Shown: one piece after another, positions 59,781 through 64,000 of the stretch
How the letters are laid out: each line of letters starts with the position of its first letter
How positions within the stretch are numbered: the stretch's first letter is position 1
Origin: Deltaproteobacteria bacterium
GTDB lineage: Bacteria; Desulfobacterota; DSM-4660; Desulfatiglandales; HGW-15
Direction of reading: 5' to 3'
DNA: 64,000 nucleotides
Assembly (NCBI GenBank): GCA_016931115.1
Contig: JAFGFM010000144.1
Span: forward strand, 303 to 64,302
Program-made: the position numbers and the translations under genes
Notes under the pieces: model-generated
Seen by the model: only the letters and a program-made list of their open reading frames with translations
The model's database searches: none
Told to the model about the DNA's origin: nothing

Positions 59781-61099
59781 CAGAAAAGACAATAATACCT
59801 GAAACACCTCTTGCAGAAAGGATAAGGCCTGACAGTATTGACCTTATAGTGGGTCAGGAGCACCTTCTTGGAAAGGGAAGCGCACTTCGGAGGGCGCTTG
59901 ATTCGGGCAGGATATTTTCTGTGATATTCTGGGGGCCGCCCGGCACAGGAAAAACCACCCTTGCCAGGCTTATGGCAGAATATACCCATAAACCCTTCAG
60001 GGCCTTTTCCGCTGTTACATCGGGTGTAAAAGAACTCAGAGAAATACTTGCTGAGGCAGAAGAGGAGAGGGGCAAAAGCGGCCAGTCAACCATCCTGTTT
60101 GTGGATGAGATACACAGGTTCAACAAGGCGCAGCAGGATGCATTCCTGCCACACATTGAAAGCGGGCTTATTATACTTGTTGGCGCAACCACACAGAACC
60201 CCTCATTTGAGGTGATACCGCCGCTACTTTCACGTGCAAGGGTGATGGTGCTGAAGCCCCTTGATAACGATGGCCTGAAAAAGATCCTTGAAAGGGCCAT
60301 TAGTGATAAAGAAAAGGGGCTTGGCAGCCTTGAGCTAAAGATAGATGATGCTGCACTTAACCATATCATGGATATCTCTGGCGGAGATGCAAGGCTTGCG
60401 CTCAATAACCTTGAGATAGCCGCATATTATACGGTTGAAGATGAAGGGAACAATAATCAGATCACTATTGAGCTTGTGGAAAAGGCCCTGGACAGAAAGG
60501 CCCTTCCCTATGACAAGGATGGTGAAGAGCACTATAACATCATCTCCGCATTCCATAAGAGCCTGCGGGGAAGCGATGTACATGCCTCTATCTACTGGCT
60601 CTACAGGATGGTTGAGGCAGGAGAAGACCCGCTCTTTATTGCACGGAGGATGATCAGGTTTGCATCCGAGGATATCGGCATTGCAGACCCCTTTGCACTG
60701 CAGGTGGCCTTGAATGCATTCGAGGCATGGGAAAAGGTTGGCCCGCCAGAGGCGCAGCTTGCACTTGTGGAGGCGGCTGTATATCTTGCAACCGCGCCAA
60801 AGAGCAATGCCCTTTATGTGGCAGAGATGGCTGTAAAAAAGGAGATAGCAAAATCCGGTGCACTGCCTGTGCCCATGCATATAAGAAACGCCCCCACAAA
60901 ACTAATGAAGAACCTGGGCTACAGCAGGGGTTACCTCTACCCCCATAATTATCCTGACGCAAAGGTTGACCAGGAATACCTCCCGGAAAATATCAGGCAT
61001 ATTACCTTTTATCACCCCACAGATAGAGGCATGGAAAAAGAGATAAAGCGGAGGATGAGCGATATGAAGACAAAAAAGGGTGTAACTAAAACATCATAA
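59777..61099 (+). CDS. rarA: Replication-associated recombination protein A
   Basis: PLAERIRP, GPPGTGKT, DEIHRFNKAQQD, SAFHKSLRGSD, ASEDIG, VP.H.RNAP. Confidence 0.96.
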   Translation: MTEKTIIPETPLAERIRPDSIDLIVGQEHLLGKGSALRRALDSGRIFSVIFWGPPGTGKTTLARLMAEYTHKPFRAFSAVTSGVKELREILAEAEEERGKSGQSTILFVDEIHRFNKAQQDAFLPHIESGLIILVGATTQNPSFEVIPPLLSRARVMVLKPLDNDGLKKILERAISDKEKGLGSLELKIDDAALNHIMDISGGDARLALNNLEIAAYYTVEDEGNNNQITIELVEKALDRKALPYDKDGEEHYNIISAFHKSLRGSDVHASIYWLYRMVEAGEDPLFIARRMIRFASEDIGIADPFALQVALNAFEAWEKVGPPEAQLALVEAAVYLATAPKSNALYVAEMAVKKEIAKSGALPVPMHIRNAPTKLMKNLGYSRGYLYPHNYPDAKVDQEYLPENIRHITFYHPTDRGMEKEIKRRMSDMKTKKGVTKTS

Positions 61100-61510
61100 A
61101 GAATATTAAAAAAACCTATGCTTATCTATTAAGTATGGATAATGTTTAGCTAATTACAAAATATTTTCTTTTTAATTAATCATGAGTCAATGCCATTTCA
61201 TCTGTTTTTTCAGTGCTTTACAAAATTGACTAGCTAAAGTTTAGATAATGTTTAGCTAAAGTCTAGCTAAATTATAGATAAATTCTCTCTGAGTTTATCT
61301 AAGAGCTATTAAAAATCATACGCAAAAGATATTAGCTATCAAGTATCCATCAAGTACCAGGCAACTAAAAACAGACGGGTAAGGATATTGTAACAGTCAC
61401 CCAAGACACCAATTCTTGCTCTAATGGGTCAGTGCCAGTACTTGATCCTATGTTTTTCGTTATCGGAATATACATAGAAAAAAATATTTTGTGTCACGAT
61501 TACAACAATA

Positions 61511-61542
61511 AAGTTGACAAAAGTTGACAAGTTTATTATCTT
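61511..61542 (+). promoter_or_regulatory. Promoter with tandem AAGTTGACAA repeat
   Basis: AAGTTGACAA x2 (61511-61530); TTGACA-N17-TATCTT. Confidence 0.55.
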
Positions 61543-61572
61543 GTAATGCAGAAACACTTGGAGGAAACAGGA

Positions 61573-62718
61573 ATGCTCAACATAAAAAACATTGAGCAAA
61601 AAATTGAAATGCTTGGATTGTCTCAAGCTGAGATAGCTAAATCATTGGATGTTACAAGGGAGACAGTATCACAATGGTTTAAAAATAATAAATTCCCCCG
61701 TCCTGGTAAATTACTAAAACTTGCTCAATTATTGAAACTTTCTTTTAATGAGATAGTCATCAAAGAAGACAGATCTAACGAACCTGTCGTTGCATTCAGA
61801 AAAAAAGGCAGACATAACATATCAGAAGATTACATCGAAGAGGCAAAAGACAAAGGCTATCTCTTGAACAGCCTTGTTCAATACTTACCTTTTGATAATT
61901 TATCATTACCACCATCCTTAAAAGAACCTAATTTGGATTATGAATATATCCAGGATGCTGCAAGGGCTGTAAGAAAAGAAATATGTAAATCAAATGATTC
62001 AAAAATCGAATTTACAGATTTAATCAATTTTTTCAATAAACATCATGCTGTTTTAATTCCTGTGTTCTGGGGCAATAAAAAAAATCATGAAAACGCATTA
62101 CACGTATTTCTACCCAGATCAATGACAACATGGATATACTTAAATCTTGACAGTAAAATACACGATTTTAAATTCTGGATGTCTCATGAGCTTGGGCATG
62201 TCAAATCACCCGATTTAAAAGGTGATGAAGCTGAAGACTTTGCAGATCTGTTTGCAGGGGCTTTATTATTTAATTCGGAACTTGCACAGGAAGAATATAT
62301 TCAATTAAGGAGATTAACAAACGAGCCCTCCCAGCTAAGCAGAATTATGGAAGTGGCAGAGAATTTAGTCGTTTCTCCGCTAACTGTTTATTATGAGATT
62401 AACAAATATGCCAGGCATGATGGAAAACAAAAAATTAATCTCGAAACAGATAAGCTCATTTATAAGGCCAATACCAATTTTCAGAATAAATATTCTACTA
62501 TTGCAAATAAATTATTTTCTGCTCTGCCTGCGACATCAAAGGAATATTTTTCAGTAACAACCGAGGTATTTAAAAGCCCATTTTTTAAAGCTTTAAAAGA
62601 CTACCTGATTAAAGAAAGAAAATCTGTTGGATTCGTACAGACTATTCTGAGCCTCTCACCGGTTGATGCACAGACATTATATGAAGATCTATTCCAATGG
62701 CCTGCAATATCCTTGTAG
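61573..62718 (+). CDS. XRE HTH fused to ImmA/IrrE-type metallopeptidase
   Basis: LSQAEIAKSLDVTRETVSQW HTH; FW.SHELGH..E..AD.FAGALL (HExxH); GGAGGA RBS. Confidence 0.85.
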   Translation: MLNIKNIEQKIEMLGLSQAEIAKSLDVTRETVSQWFKNNKFPRPGKLLKLAQLLKLSFNEIVIKEDRSNEPVVAFRKKGRHNISEDYIEEAKDKGYLLNSLVQYLPFDNLSLPPSLKEPNLDYEYIQDAARAVRKEICKSNDSKIEFTDLINFFNKHHAVLIPVFWGNKKNHENALHVFLPRSMTTWIYLNLDSKIHDFKFWMSHELGHVKSPDLKGDEAEDFADLFAGALLFNSELAQEEYIQLRRLTNEPSQLSRIMEVAENLVVSPLTVYYEINKYARHDGKQKINLETDKLIYKANTNFQNKYSTIANKLFSALPATSKEYFSVTTEVFKSPFFKALKDYLIKERKSVGFVQTILSLSPVDAQTLYEDLFQWPAISL

Positions 62719-63257
62719 ATTCATGCGCATATTTCCGCCTGGCTCATAGCATTCATCCTCTGCTAAATGTGGAGTTCGGTGAAGAAAAACATAAACTGGG
62801 TGTTATTCAGGAACTTCAAAATGAATATGACAAAAGCCCGACGCTTCAAAGTAAATTTTATTGGGTAGCTGACCCTGAATATTCCGCGAACAGAAAAAGG
62901 TGTTTTTCTCTGACGAATGAACAAAAAGCTGCCATCCATAATGCCTTTTATTTTATGAGGGATACTGCAAGAGAAGAAGAATTGGGGGTATCAAAAGTTG
63001 ATTTAACAGCCCTTTCATATGCTTATGTCCTGGGTATACCAATTGTTACGGATGATTCCGATATGATAACGCTGGCAAAAGAGTATGAGATTGTTGTTTT
63101 TAAGTCACTCACTCTTTTACATCTAATGTATAAAGCCGGTCATATAACGAAAAGGAAAGTCAGAGAGATTGCTTCATACTGGGTATATTTAAACGATACC
63201 CCTAAAAGGTATAAAGAGGATTATGAACGACTTTTCAATGCGCGTGCGCCATTATAA
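62697..63257 (+). CDS. PIN-like domain protein
   Basis: ILVDS, ELQNE, SKVDL.AL..A, IVTDD acidic pattern; overlaps upstream gene. Confidence 0.7.
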   Translation: MACNILVDSCAYFRLAHSIHPLLNVEFGEEKHKLGVIQELQNEYDKSPTLQSKFYWVADPEYSANRKRCFSLTNEQKAAIHNAFYFMRDTAREEELGVSKVDLTALSYAYVLGIPIVTDDSDMITLAKEYEIVVFKSLTLLHLMYKAGHITKRKVREIASYWVYLNDTPKRYKEDYERLFNARAPL

Positions 63258-63299
63258 TTGTTTATGTGATTTTTAGTGGTCAAGTCCGCCAGTCAAATT

Positions 63300-64000
63300 T
63301 TAAACCATATCAGTGACAAATCTTTTGAAAGAATCATTTTGTTCGGCATCCTTGTCTTCAAGAATAATTTTCATGGTTTCCTGTTTCTTAACCCTGTAGC
63401 TGTCCATGTCTATGGTTTCAAGTATCCCCTTTGAAAAGTCATCCTCCTTTGGTGCAGGAAGTTTTGAAATAAGAAAATTTAAAAATATGGAAAGCTTTTC
63501 CCATTCAGCATTATTGTATGGCAATATTGAAGCGAGAAAATCATAGATTCTAGTGAATGTCTTTGCCTTTCCTTTAAATTCAACTTGTTCGTTTTCATCC
63601 AGTTTTTCCAGATAAGCCGCGACACAGAAATCAAGTAAAGGATCAAGTTTTTCACGATCAGCACCACCAAGGTATAATGAGACAAACTTGTCCAGCTGCT
63701 CAGGATTGTAAACCTGATGCCCGTCTAGAACCGCCTTAAGATCATGAAGTTTGTTTGGATCAGTTTCGTCAACCAGAATTGTAGTTCGATAGTAGTCGGC
63801 AAATGCATATGCAATTGTCTCTGTATTATTCATGAAATCCAGAATAAATACATCACTCTTCTGGGAATGATCCCTGTTGAGCCGGGAGAGGGCCTGGACT
63901 GCCTTGATTCCTGACAGGGATTTATCCACATACATCGTATGCAGCAATGGTTCATTATAGCCTGTCTGAAATTAATCTGCACAAATTAAAAATCTATAAG
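63300..64000 (-). pseudogene. hsdR: Type I restriction subunit R C-terminal part, disrupted
   Basis: YRFLICAD*FQTGYNEPLLHTMYVDK..AVQALSRLNR..LDF.N; in-frame TAA at 63974-63972; shortened C-terminus. Confidence 0.85.

Noticed and set aside
47164-61360. Shared 13-mer CATCAAGTACCAG at 47164 and 61348 as island boundary repeats
   Set aside because: Matches of this length are expected by chance in 64 kb, and the enclosed region holds core genes.

Overview
Bacterial chromosomal window; the protein families and gene order suggest a sulfate-reducer-like deltaproteobacterium (Desulfobacterota), which is an inference. The housekeeping backbone is tRNA-Val/tRNA-Asp, tig-clpP-clpX-lon, ppiD, an ectoine-type aspartokinase, ydbH-ynbE-ydbL, dnaE and rarA. 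It is interrupted by several accessory blocks: (i) a DDE transposase abutting a small GIY-YIG nuclease next to two tRNAs, each with an upstream partial copy whose anticodon arm is replaced by a CCCGC-loop-GCGGG hairpin; (ii) an 11.2-14.9 kb run of unrelated single genes whose stop codons sit inside GTAG/GTAA REP-type ends; (iii) purB paired with a HisD paralogue with altered ligands; (iv) a 28.5-36.9 kb defence-like island (DUF262, primase-helicase-PLD fusion, and a lexA / large N6-methyltransferase / PD-(D/E)XK nuclease operon with a leaderless promoter and palindromic operator); (v) a locus with divergent sigma-54 promoters driving PEP-CTERM / membrane protein / GT2 / beta-helix / YaiO-barrel genes and wecB; (vi) an HTH-IrrE plus PIN pair beside an hsdR pseudogene. 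No CRISPR array, rRNA or integrase was seen. All family calls come from motif recognition, not database searches.
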